Assembly: GCA_965240325.2 (NCBI GenBank)
Contig: OZ251224.1
Coordinates: 1,736,001-1,800,000, forward strand
DNA length: 64,000 bases
Direction: 5' to 3'
Source of the DNA: Rebecca billardiae RCC1528
Lineage: Eukaryota > Protista > Haptophyta
The notes under the pieces were generated by a model. The model was not told the DNA's origin. It did no database searches and worked only from the letters and a program-made list of their open reading frames with translations. Positions 40,979 to 52,557 of the stretch are shown here, piece by piece; positions within the stretch are counted from its first letter, which is position 1, and every line of letters begins with the position of its first letter. A program made the translations under genes and the position numbers.

Positions 40979-43900
40979 ATGGTGACAATGGCGGACGCAA
41001 TGACGAGGATCAAGGAGCTGCGCGCGGTGCGGCTCGCCTTGGCCGGCCGTGCGCTGGACGGCCCGATCCTCGCGTGCCTGCTGCGGCACGCCACAGACCA
41101 CCGCGACGGGCCCGCCGCAGAGGAGCCTCGCGCCGCGCTGAAGCGCGCACTCGACGATGCGCGCGCCGAGGCGGCGGCGCTCGACGGGTACGCGGAGCGC
41201 GACGAGGCCCTCAGTGCGATCGCCCTCCTCGACGACGACGCCATGCGCCCTCTCTACGTGCGCACGATGCTCGGCCTCCACGGCGCGCTCCAGGCCGCGC
41301 CCAAGACGCTCGCGGCTGACGCGCTCGCGGCCACCGAGTCGCACTGGGTGGATGGCGTGGGCGGGCTCGGGCGGTGCGCGGACGAGCACCTGAAGGAGCT
41401 GCCGCTCGTGCTCGACACGCACCTTGCCGGCTCGGAGTACGCCTCGGGCCGCGACGCCTCCGACACGCTCAAGTGCATGCTCTCGTGCCTGCGTGCGCAC
41501 CTCGGCGCGAGCGCAGTGCGCGCATGCATGGAGGAGCTGCGCGGCGCGGCGCGCGGCGCGGCGCGCGGCGCGACGAAGGTGCTGCCGCCCAGCGAGCTGC
41601 GGCGGCTTGAAGCGGGCGTCACCTACCTCGCCTCCGCCCTCCCTCACGTCGAGGGCGCTGAGCAGGGTGGGAATGTGGAGCTCGTCAGCTTGCTCGACAG
41701 ACACACGCGGCGCATGCTCGCCCACCTGCACCCAGACAAGGGCGGCGAGGAGGGCGCGTTCGTGCTGTTCACGAACGCGCGGGACAAGCTCAAGGATAAG
41801 GGCGCGCGGCACGACTACCTCGTTGCCATGCTCACCTCGCTGCAAGCAGAGCTGCGCGCGGGCTGTACGCAGGGTGCGCCCGCGCGCGCGCAGCTGCTCA
41901 GCCGACGCACCAACGAATGGCTGCGCGCGCGCGGCGAGGGTGGCGGCGCGTCAGAGGGGGCAATGGCGGCGTTCACGGAGGTGCCGGCGGGCGCGGCGCG
42001 GCCCGCGCCCGCGCGGATCGACGGTGCGCTCGCGTACACGCCCGAGCCTACGCGCGCCAACGACGGCGGCGCGCGCGTGGGGTGCGTGCGCTTGCTGGCC
42101 CCTCCCACGCGCCCACTGGACGCGGGCTCCGCGGACGCGGGCACCGATGCCGACGCTGCCGTTGGCGACGATGAGAGCGGCGGCGGCGCGAGCGTGCGCG
42201 CGCTCGCGGCGGCTGAGGAGAAACGGCTCGGCACGCAAGCGCTCGCGCGCCGCGCCGCGCTTCACGCCACGGCGGAGAGCACGGCGCTTTCCAAGGCGGC
42301 GGACAACGCGGCCGCGACTCGGCGGAGCGTGCGCGACGCGGTCACGAGCGCGGCCGCGACCTTGGGCGCAGCCTCGTCTCGCCTGGAGAAGGCGCGGGCG
42401 GGCGCGGTGCGCGCGGGCGTGGCGGCGGGCAAGGCGACAGCGTACGCGGTTGAGCTCCGTGGGGAGGGCGACCGCGACGCGCTCCGTCAGCGCGTCGAAG
42501 CGATCGAGTGCGCGGCGGCGGAGCGCGCGGCGCCTCACGCTGAGGCGTCCGAGCGCGCGCGCGTTGAGATGGACGCGGCGGCCAAAAAGGTGGTGCAGCT
42601 GGAGGCGGAGGCAAAGGCGATCGAGAGCGTGGCGGCGAAGCGCGCGGCGCGTCACATCCAGGCGTCCGAGCGCGCGCGCATCCAGGCGGCCGCGGCGGCC
42701 AAAAAGGTGGTGCAGCTGGAGGCGGAGGCAAAGTCGATCGAGTGCGCGGCGGAGGAGCGCGCGGCGCCTCACATCCAGGCGTCCGAGCGCGCGCGCGTCG
42801 AGGCGGACGCTGCGGCTGACGAGGTGGAGCGGCTGCAGGCGGAGGCAAAGGCGAACGAGAGCGCGGCGGCAAAGAGCGCGGCGCCTCACGTCGAGGTGGA
42901 CGCGGCGGCTGACGAGATGGAGCGGCTGGAGGCGAGCAACGCGTCGAAGTGGCTTGCGGACGGTGGCGTGCTTTCCTTCCTCCGCCGCACGCGTATCACG
43001 AACGGCATCGCCCAGCCCGTCGACACCGAGGCGGAGCTGCACTCGAAGCAATTGGACGAAGCGCGCGCGCGCATGCAGCAGCTGTGCGAGGCCTCTGCTA
43101 GCGAGCGCGCAAAGTCAGAGCGGCTGGTGACGGAGGGGCACGAGGCGGCGGAGCGGCTGCGCTCGAAGCAGCTGCTCCCCGCGCGCGAACGCATGCAGCA
43201 GCTGCGTGCGGCCTTTGCCGACTCGCTCGCAAGGTTGAAGTGGCTGGAGGAAGAGCGCGAGAATGCGATGCGACTGCGATCGAAGGAGCGGGCCCGCGCG
43301 ATCGCGCGCGTGAATGAGCTGCGCACGTCCTCTGCCGCATTGCGCGCAAAGTCAGAGCGGCTGGTGGCGGAGGGGCGCGAGGCGGCGGAGCGGCTGCGCG
43401 CGCCGGGCGGGCTGCGCGCCGCCGTGGAGCGCGAGGCGAGCGAGGCGCGCGCCGCGCACGCCGCCGCGCTCAAGGGCGTGCGCGCGGCGCAGGCGGAGGC
43501 AGAGGCGGCTGGCAAGAAGCTCGGCCGCACGCGCGCGGTACTGGCCGAGGCGGAGGCGGTGGTGGCGGCGTTGCGCGGTGCGGCGGAGGAAGCGGAGAGC
43601 GCACAACGCGAGGCGGAGGCAGCGGAGGCCGCTGGCGGCTCGAGGGGCTCGTCCGCGCCGCCGCAGCCGCAGCGGCCGCAGCAGCCTCAGCAGCAGCCGC
43701 AGCTACACTTGTGTGACGTGGCGCTGCGCGTGGAGCACGCTCAGCTCGCGCAGCTCAGGGGCGCGGCGGCGCGCGCGGCGGGCGGCGCCACCGCCCCGCT
43801 CGTGCTCTCCGCCGAGCTGATGGCCCTGCACGCGCAGGGCGCGCGCGAGTGGCACGCCTACCCCCGGCTGGCGCTGCCGGGCGGAGGCGCGCCGCACCGG

Positions 43901-46900
43901 CCGCGCGGCGCGGCCGGCGCGGACGAGCACCGCGTGCAGCTCGAGCTGGGCAGCTGGGGGCAGTTCGCGCTGCGCTGGCGGTACGTGCTGCACGCGCCCA
44001 CGCCCGCCGACGCGCCGCCCCTCGCCGCCTCCGAGTGGTCCGAGAACGCCGCCATCGTGCACCTCGACGCGACGACGCCGCAGGGCGCGGCCGCGGAGGG
44101 CGCCGCGCGCCAGCAGCTCGCGGCCGCGCGGCAGGAGCTGAGCGGCTTCGTGGACCAGGAGCGCGCCAAGGTGCTGCGCGGCGGCGCGTCGCGCGACGTT
44201 GACGCGCTCGACGCGTTCCAGCGCGAGCTCGACCAGCGCGTCGTCCGGCTGCGCGAGGCGCTGTCTTTGCACGCGCAGCACGGCGGCGTGCACCCGGGAG
44301 ACGCTGAGCACGGCCAGTGCGAGGTGGCGGTGCGGCGCGCGCAGCAGCTGCAGTATGACGTGCGCAAGCGGATGCCCGCGCACGCGCGCAGGGCGGAGGC
44401 GGAGCGCTTCATCGACGCGGTGCGCGCCAAGGCTCACGACGGCGAGGCCGCGGGCTGGCTGCGCATGCTCGAGGCGCACCACGATCCGAGCGCCGAGCTG
44501 GTCAAGATGGGCGGCAGCGCCAACCGGCTGTTTCAGCTGATCGCGCAGGACACGTCGCTGCAGCTGCCGAGCGCGGCGCTGCGCGAGTGCGCGGGCGCGG
44601 GCGCGCTGTTCGGGGCGAAGCAGCGGGCGCGACTCGGTCAGATGGCCGACGACGCCGAGCGCGCCTTTGCGCGCTGGAGCGCGGAAGAGGCGGCGGCGCG
44701 CGCCGCCGCGGACCGGCGCGCCGAGGCTGAGGCGGCGGCGCGCGCGCGCGGCATCAAGCTGCACGGCCGAGTGCTCGTGCGCACCGGGCCGAGCTCGGCG
44801 GCGGAGCTGGGCGCGCTGCCGGAGGAGACGCGCGCGTACCTCCGCGCCGGCAACGCGCACGCTGCCGACGAGCTCGTCGGCCTCGTCATGGAGCTCGGCC
44901 CCGGCCCGCACCCCGGCCGCGCCCGCGGCGGCGGCGCGGCGCGGCGCGCGGGCGGCGGCGGCGGCGGCGGCGCGCCCAACGACAGCGGCGCTGCGCCGGC
45001 CGCGGTGCCGTGTGCGCGGCTTGCGTGGCTGTCGGACTTTGAGCCGCGCGCGGAGGCGGCGGGCGTGCAGCCGAGCGTGTGGCTCCCCATCGCCGTGCTG
45101 CACGCTGGCGACGCCGCGACCGCGCGCGTCGAGGCGGTGGAGGCGGAGCAGCTGGAGCGCGTGTGCGCTGAGGCGGAGGCGCGCCGACGGCGCGAGGCTG
45201 CGGAGGCGGCGCGCGCCGAGGCGAGGCGCGCCAAGGAGAAGGCGGCGCGCGCAGAGGAGGCGGCGCGCACGCTCGCAGCAGCGCGCGCGCTCGCGCGCGC
45301 GCTGCCGCCCGCGGTGCGCGCCGCCGCGCAGCCCGCGCCGACGGCGCCCGCAGCATTCCAGTCTCCACAGCCTCCGCCGCCGCCGCCGCCGCCGCCGCAG
45401 TCCGACGCGCGCGACTGGCCCTCGCTCGGGCCCGACGCCGAGGCGGCCGCGCCGCGGCTCAACCCGCCGCCGCGCTCCGCCGCCGCCGCGGGCCGTGAGT
45501 TGGCGCCCGTCGAGCGACTGGCGGAGTGCACAGGGCGGCCGCTCGACGAGTGCCGCAAGGCGTACTTTGCGCACGGTCAGGACGTTCAGCAGGCCGCCGC
45601 CGCGCTGATCGACGACTGTGTGCTCGTGCCTCCGGCGCATGGGATGGTGCCGCAGCCGCCGCAGCTTCCGCAGCAGCCGCAGCAGCCGACCGCCGCGCCG
45701 CACCCGCTTGCGGTGACGGCGCCGCCGCTTCGAGCGCCAGCCGGCATCGGCGGCGGCTGGGCGGCGCACACGCCCGTCGAGGCGCTCTACCCGCCGGACG
45801 GCGACGGCGTGTGGCACCGCGCCACCGTGCTGTGCAGCTACCCCGACGGGTGCGTGCTGCTGTCTTACGACGACTACGAGGGCGAGCGCCGCGTGCTTCG
45901 CGCTGAGGAAGTGAGGGCGGCGCGCCGACACGCCGCCGCGGCGCCGATGGCCTGCGTGCGCGAGGGCGGCGGCGTGCGTGGCGCCGAGCTGTTCCGAGGC
46001 CCGATGGCGCCAGACGCGCCACCACCGATGCAGCCGCAGCCACGGCCGCCCGCGCTCGGCGCGCCGCGCGGCGCGCTGCAGCAGCGGCCGCCGATCGCCG
46101 TCGGGATCACGTGCGTGGCCTACGACGAGCTCACGCGCGCGACGTCCAACTGGGCGGCCACGCGCGTGCTTGGCCGCGGCAGCTCGGCCGTCGTGTACGC
46201 CGCGTCCGCCATGCGCGCGCGCGACTCCGGCGCGCAGCTCCACGCGCCCGACGGCCGGCCGCTGCCATTCGCCGTCAAGCGAGCCGTGTCGGCCGAGATG
46301 CGCAAAGCATTCGATCGGGAGTTTATGGCGCTGCGCTGGCTGTGCCACCCGCATGTGCTGCGGGTGCTTGCCTACTCCGACGATCTGGGGCGGCCGATAT
46401 GCCTCGTGACGCCCGCCATGTGCGGCACGCTGCACGCAGTTCTGCACGGCGCCGCGCTGCCGGGCAGCGCGCTCGACGCGTGGCGCCGCGAGCACCTGCA
46501 CGCGCGGCGGCGGCTGGCGCTCGCGTGCGGCGTCAGCTCGGCGCTCGCGCACGTGCACGAGCGCGGCATGCTGCACAAGGACGTCAAGTCGCTCAACGTG
46601 CTGCTCGACGCCGGCTGCGAGGCCGTGCTCGGCGACGCCGGGCTCGCGCGGATTGCGGCGGCCGACGGCGGTGCAGCGCCGGGTGCTCGCGCCCCCACCC
46701 TTGCGACCAACCAGGGGGGCGATGGGCTGCAGGGGACGCAGGGGTACCAGCCGCCCGAGCTGATGATGATGGATGTGCTCCACGCCTCCAAGCAGTCCGA
46801 CTGCTACGCGCTCGGCGTGGTGCTGCTCGAGCTGGCGACCGGGCTGCCGCCTGTGTGTCGCAACACGCATCAGCCGCCGCTTCTCGCGCGCCGCGCGCAG

Positions 46901-47468
46901 CTGCTCCCGGATGCGCGTGCGCTCTGCGCTCTCGCCGCCGCCGAGGTGCCGTGGTGCTGGGGCGAGCCGACCGACGGCGGGCTGCAGCTGCTCGCAGGGG
47001 CGGCGCGCGAGCTCACCCTCGCCGAGCCCGCGCGCCGGCCGAGCGCCGCGGACCTGAGAAAGCTGCTTCACGACTGGGGCGCGCACAGCGAGGCCGCCGG
47101 GCTCCGCGCGCCGCCGCCGCCGCCCTCCGAGCACGCGCCGCCCGAGCGCGCGTGCCACGTGTGCCTGGAGGACTACGCGGCGCTGCGCGTGCGCGCCCCG
47201 CCCGTACTGCAGGCGCTGCTGCTGCCGTGCAGCCACCAGTGCCTCTGCGCCAACTGCTACGCCACCCTCCGCGCCGAGGCGGCGGGGGGGGCGGTGCTGT
47301 GCCCGCTGTGCCGAAGGGACGTCTCCTCCGTCCAGCTCAGCAGCCGCTTCGAGGAGGCGGCCACCTTCCAGGGCGCAGTCGGCGCGGCCGCGGCCGCGGC
47401 TGCGGCACCGCACGCGCGCCGCGGCGGCCTCCCGTCCGGCGGCGGTGGACCGCGCCCGCCGCGCAACC

Positions 47469-47505
<37 letters not shown>

Positions 47506-47527
47506 GTGGCAGCACCCGAGGCGCTGA
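40979..47527 (+). CDS. Giant single-exon protein: J-domain-like, coiled-coil repeats, UBA-like, Tudor, IRAK/Pelle-like kinase, RING, RGG tail (~2180 aa)
   Basis: LHPDKGG...AFVLFTNARDKL; Tudor VEALYPPDGDGVWHRATV...YDDYEGE; kinase YDELTRATSNW...LGRGSSAVVY, FAVK, HKDVKSLNVLL, DAGLAR, GTQGYQPPE; RING CHVC...PCSHQCLCANC...CPLCRR. Confidence 0.85.
42490..42940 (+). repeat. Intragenic ~120-bp tandem repeats (coiled-coil)
   Basis: Repeats of IECAAxERAAPHIQASERARVExDAAAKKVVQLEAEAK, about 3.5 copies. Confidence 0.8.
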
Positions 47528-48086
47528 CAGGCGCGCGCCGATCGCGAGGCCCTGCTGTTCTGGAATAATGCATGATCTACGACACAGTGATGATGACTGC
47601 TGCTCTGATGGCGATGAAGCAGCGCCCTGTGTCGAAGCGTTCAATGAGCTGATGAGCGGTGGCTGCTACGAGCGCGGCGACGGCTTGGATGGGGACATCG
47701 GGCGGCTCCGGCGCGCTGCTAAGCGCGCGCCGCAGATGTGAGATGGGCTTGTACTTTGTAGTTGTATGGTGACGACGGTCGCTCGCAGCTCCGCCGAGTA
47801 GTGCAAGTACTCTACCAAGGGCGGTAACTCTGTACGCAGTACGCTCTGATGGCAGGCTCGTCTCGTCTGTGCTGTAAGCTATATTTGGTCATCTATTATG
47901 TATATATATATATATATTCGGGTCTGTTGCACTCTGAGCCTGACGCTTGTCCGATGCTGCCACGTCGTTAAATATATTCGGGTCTTCCTGATGAAATAAT
48001 TAGATAAATGTATAGATCTCGTCCCGCGCCGTTCGCGCTGAAGTAATAATAATCGTAGTAACTAATAGTCGATCGTCATTACTCGA

Positions 48087-49568
48087 TCTATAGCTAGTTA
48101 TGGCCCGCGGTGCAGGGCGGAGCGCGTAGCGTGGAGCCCCGCCGGGGGCCCTCACTACGTTGTCAAAAAGATCTTTTGATCAAAGAAAAGGGGACGGGGG
48201 ACGATTTTGAGGGCTGTTGGAGGGTGAGTTTTCGCTTTTTCGAGGGGTACATTGGCCCATTGCTTTGCATTAGCAAGACTCGATTGACGAAATAGCCGCG
48301 CCCGCTCCAATTCCGTATCTACGGACGGACGTGAGCCTGTGGACGTGCATTTGTCAGTATATCTGGGTGAACGAATCTGCGATTTGTTGTAAATCTTCAT
48401 ACGACCATAATGTTGCCAAATAGGACGAGGACCCAAGCGCGTGCGATGGAGGTCCTGGGCTCCTGGCAAAAAGTCTCGTCAAGTACTCAACTTTACTGAC
48501 GACGAACCTTTGCGCTCCCGGCGAGTATGATGCGTCGCATCCGATTACCGATTGGCCGAGTCTGAACTATGACGAACGGCACCCCAAGGGAGGACCTCCC
48601 TTGGGCACCCGGTATTGGATGGCGGCCCGAGGGCCGAGGCCGAACACAGCAGGTTTTTTACCCGGGCGCGGGCCCTGCCCGCGCGGGCGCGTTCGTCCTC
48701 GAGGAGGAGCGCGCAAGGGCGAGCCGAGTCCGGAGCACTACGCGTAAGCTCGTTCGTTGCTAGAGGAGGAGCGCGCCGCGAGCACGCAACGGATGCGCCC
48801 GGAGCTAGCGCGGCTGAAGGGCGAGCTCGAGCACGCGAGCTCGCTCCTCGTGACGTCGAGCGCGAGCTCCTCCTTAGCAACTCGGTCGACGGCGGCGTGG
48901 AGGTGCAGCAGCGTGAGGACAAGCAGGAGCAGTGACAGTCGTGGAACGCGCGCCGGTTCCCGTTCGGTCGCGCAGCCGGGCGCCCAGCTGACTCGGGCCG
49001 TGCATCGGAGCACGTGCGCGCGCAGGCGCTGGGCGCCGAGCTGGCCCGGAAGCGCGGCGCCGAGCTCGACGCGCTGCGCCGTGCGCGACGCGGCGACGGA
49101 CGCGCTGGCTGGGCGCGCGCGGCGCCCTCGTCGCGACGCCCCGTGCAGCAGCTCGAGCAGCCAGCTGTGGAGTAGACGGCCGTCGACTCGAGGGCGCCAC
49201 CGCGCCGGGTGAGTGAGCACGCACGGGCTCAGCCTCGGTCGGCTGGCTGGCCGCCGCTGCTTCGAGGCCGACGCGGCGGAGGAGGCGGCGGGCGAGCACG
49301 CTGCACGGTGGCGCGGTGGAGCAGGCGCGCACGCGCGGCGGCAGGCGCGACCCGCCGCTCGCCTCGTTCCACCCCGAGCTCCGCGCTCGGTCTCGCCTCT
49401 CGGTGCGCGGCTGCGCAGCGCCGTGAGTGAGCGCACGGGCCCGGGGGGCGGGGCCGCAGCAGTGGCGCGCGCTCTCGCTCTGCCGGCACGAGGCGCAACG
49501 GAGGGTGCACCGCGGGCCTCTAACTACGTTGGTTCTACGGAAGGACCGCGGAACGCGGTCATATATAG
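48087..49568 (+). mobile_element. Non-autonomous Helitron-like element, copy 1
   Basis: 5' A|TCTATA..., 3' hairpin GACCGCG-GAA-CGCGGTC followed by ATATATAG|T. Both ends and part of the interior are homologous to 58696-60748. Confidence 0.65.
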
Positions 49569-49846
49569 TATCGTCTGACTGTCAGTTCGTTACTCATCAT
49601 CACGGTTCGCTCGTCACGCCCAGCCCAGGGGCTCAGGGGTCTGACTAGTCTGTCTAGTGACAGTCCGTGATAGTAGACTCAGGGGGCGGCAGCGGCCGGG
49701 CACCCGCCGCTGCGGATTCCGAGCTGGAGGGGCCGAGCAGCCGGCAGGTCGCCGACGGCCACGGCCACGGGCCACGGCACGGGCACGGGAAAAGCTGTGT
49801 GCAGCCGCTGCTGCTGCGACGATGCGTCCTGAGCGAGAGCCTGCTT

Positions 49847-50836
49847 TTATGTCGACAGTCGCAGCCCGCCGGCACTGACACGGCGGTGGATCTCTTCACT
49901 TTGAGCGCGCATCGCCCGCAGAACATCGAGCTGTGCTTGCGCGGACGCCAACGCGGCCTCAGGGCCAGATGTGATGTCGGCATGGCCCTGGCCGCTGCGG
50001 CCGCTTGCCGAGAGACGCGCGGGGCTTCGCCCAAGCTCAAGAAGCTGCGGCGCTGATGCTGGTGGCTCACCGTGCGCACTCGTGCGCGGCATCCTGGATG
50101 CGCGCTCGCCTCGGGCAGGTCCGCGCTTGGCTTGCCGCTGACGCAGATGTTCCAGAGCGCGCGCGTGGCCACGGTTGGCCTCCTCGACGAGAGACTCGAG
50201 GTCGGCGAGCGACGTGGGCAGTGTGCTGGGCGAGTGCGAGCGCACGCGCCGGCCGCTAACTTTGCGCTGGCTGTCGGCCACCTGGGCTCGACGCGGCTGC
50301 AGATGCGACTGCTCCGGGGGTGGCGGTGGCAACGCCTTGTATTGCTGGATGCGCCCACGCGCTGTCGCTGGCCTCGTGCGGTCGGCGGTCGAGCGGGTCG
50401 TCGCCTTCGATGCTCGAAGGGCGGAGGAGTCCCGTGCCACTGGGCGGCGCGCCGGGCTGTTGGCAGGGAGGATGTCACCGCGCAGTTGCTCCACCCTTGC
50501 ACGCAGGGCAGTGAGGTCGATGTCGTCCACGCTCGTTCGACTCACGCTGAGCGCGTCGCCATCGCCGAGCATACGGCTTGCATGCGCCACGTCGTCGTCG
50601 GCCGCCGCGGTTGACGGCGTGCACAGCTGGCATGTCCTCACGTGCATTGGCCCCAGCTCGGCGTCGAGATTTCGGGCGCCGAGCGTGAGCTTCTCGAGTG
50701 CGGAGCCCTCAAGAGCCGTCTTCAGCGAGTGAAGGTGCTCCGACGTCTCTGGCGAAGAGCCGATGGACGCGCGCAACGAGTTGAAGCGCTTGCGCAGCTC
50801 GGCCACCTCGGGGTCGACTCCGCCCACGCCAGCCAT
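49847..50836 (-). CDS. Hypothetical coiled-coil protein
   Basis: Long ORF MAGVGGVDPEVAELRKRFNSL..., divergent from the thioredoxin gene. No family motif recognised; the 3' end may be spliced. Confidence 0.55.
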   Translation of the reverse strand: MAGVGGVDPEVAELRKRFNSLRASIGSSPETSEHLHSLKTALEGSALEKLTLGARNLDAELGPMHVRTCQLCTPSTAAADDDVAHASRMLGDGDALSVSRTSVDDIDLTALRARVEQLRGDILPANSPARRPVARDSSALRASKATTRSTADRTRPATARGRIQQYKALPPPPPEQSHLQPRRAQVADSQRKVSGRRVRSHSPSTLPTSLADLESLVEEANRGHARALEHLRQRQAKRGPARGERASRMPRTSAHGEPPASAPQLLELGRSPARLSASGRSGQGHADITSGPEAALASAQAQLDVLRAMRAQSEEIHRRVSAGGLRLST

Positions 50837-51041
50837 GGCCGGCCGGAGCTCCGACAACGCGGCCGTTGCAAGAAAAAAAAGCTTGATGCTGCTGCTTGAA
50901 AAGAAAAGAAATGATGAAGCTTAGAGGCTTTCGTCATCGTGACACTGCTATTTTCGCGCTTTTCCTCGCGGCGGGTCGTCGGTTTCGACTTTCGACCCCA
51001 GCTCGGGTCAAGCGGTTGCTGCTAGCGCTGTGCTCGTCAGC

Positions 51042-51496
51042 ATGGCCCCCGGGGGAGACACCGCGTTCATCTCCTCTTTGAAAGATCTCGAGGACTGGAA
51101 CGCCGAAGTGCTGAAGAACCCGGTGCGCATGCTCGTGCGGTCGCACGCACATGGCAAGCCCCCTCTCACCACGCCGCCGCCCGCGCCTGGCCCTCGCGCA
51201 CACAGCATGCGCTGATCACAGTCGATGCGTACACAGAGTGGTGTGGTCCGACAACCATGCTGCACAGAACGCTGAAGAACCTCTTCTACGAGCTTGGTGA
51301 GGAGCATAACATCAAGTTCTGCGAAGCCAACTCGGACAAAATCGCGCCGCTCAAGGTGGAGAAGGAGAAACTCGGGTGCAAGCCCCTTTGGCTCTTCTAT
51401 AAGGATGGCACAGAAGTCACGCGCGTCGAGGGTGCCGATGTGCCGATGATCGAGAAGATTATCCGCCAGCACGCACCAAAGAAGATCGGTGGATGA
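51042..51496 (+). CDS. Thioredoxin-like outer-arm dynein light chain (LC3/LC5 or NME8-type), WCGPT site (intron 51123-51205)
   Basis: Spliced: AFISSLKDLEDWNAEVLKNP|HALITVDAYTEWCGPTTM...LFYEL...GCKPLWLFYKDG...VEGADVP. Confidence 0.8.
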
Positions 51497-52557
51497 GGAT
51501 CTCCCGAGTCACCGGGCTTGGCCTCATGTCACGCGTGCATGACGCTCTCGTGCACTGCAAGTAGGCCATGCCGCACCTGTGGAACGGACCGTCGCGAGCG
51601 GCGGCCGCCGGTCGGACGGAGCCGGCCGACGTGTCGAATTCTCTTATCAGACAGACCGCAGCCTTTAGCAATGTCGGATCGACGCCACATTAAACTGCGT
51701 TCTTAAGTACGAGGAGTAGCAGCTATGTCATCACATCCATCAATTATAATATAACATTGGCATTTGGCAACCGTGCTAGCTTAGCGGACACCGTCACTGA
51801 GTCGGGCTCGCCTGCGGTGCCGACAGACTCGCCTGATGTGACTGACACTGTGAGTGTGACTAGCCGCGTACTGTTACTCTACTCACTACTGGCTCTAGCT
51901 GAACACAGAACCGAGTGTCAGTCAGTTCAGCCGCTCCGGGCGCTCGCGCGGACGCCCCTCAGAGGCCCGCCGCCCGACCCCGTCAGTGCGTCACTCACGT
52001 GTACGCCGCCCATCGCCGGTCAAGAGTGGCGGTCAACCGGGTCCGCGGACTGTCGGTCTAGCTAGGACTCTAGGAGCCGCCCGGACTGGCCGGAGCCCGG
52101 ATTATTCTCACAGTCAGATCATCAGAGTCAGGCGCGGCTGGATCAGACCCGCATCAGACTGAGATCGTCATGGCAGTCGGTCACGGCCCGTCACGGGCCC
52201 CGGAGGCCGGGAGGCGGAGTGCGTGTCACGTTGCGTGCCGCGGTGCCGCCCTCTCTGAGAGTGAGAGGCCCTCTGCTCTGAGTCTGGGCCACGCCCCCTG
52301 CTGGCAGGCTGGCCTGGGCCTGGCCCTGCCCCCCACCGCGGTCCGCGCCTGCGGGCCCCGCGCGCGCGGCGCCTCGGAACCGAGACGAGTAGACGACTGC
52401 TGAGTAAATATTAACGAAACTCTTAAGGCGGCTAGCAGTTAAGGCCTTGTCATCTGAGTAGAACTACGGCGACGCATTATCTGTATATCAGTATCACTCG
52501 ATCAATCGTCATGATCCGAGATGACTGAACGCTGCCGCGGCTCCCAAGGGCAAGAGG

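Noticed and set aside
43703-47644. 1313-aa minus-strand ORF (likewise 31843-34734, 19599-21704, 24990-26075)
   Set aside because: These are antisense shadows of GC-rich genes, with Arg/Ala-rich sequence and no motifs.
51030-51215. TGA at 51213 as Sec in the thioredoxin
   Set aside because: That frame reads through an intron and is out of frame with the downstream domain. Splicing 51123-51205 gives an open frame with Cys.
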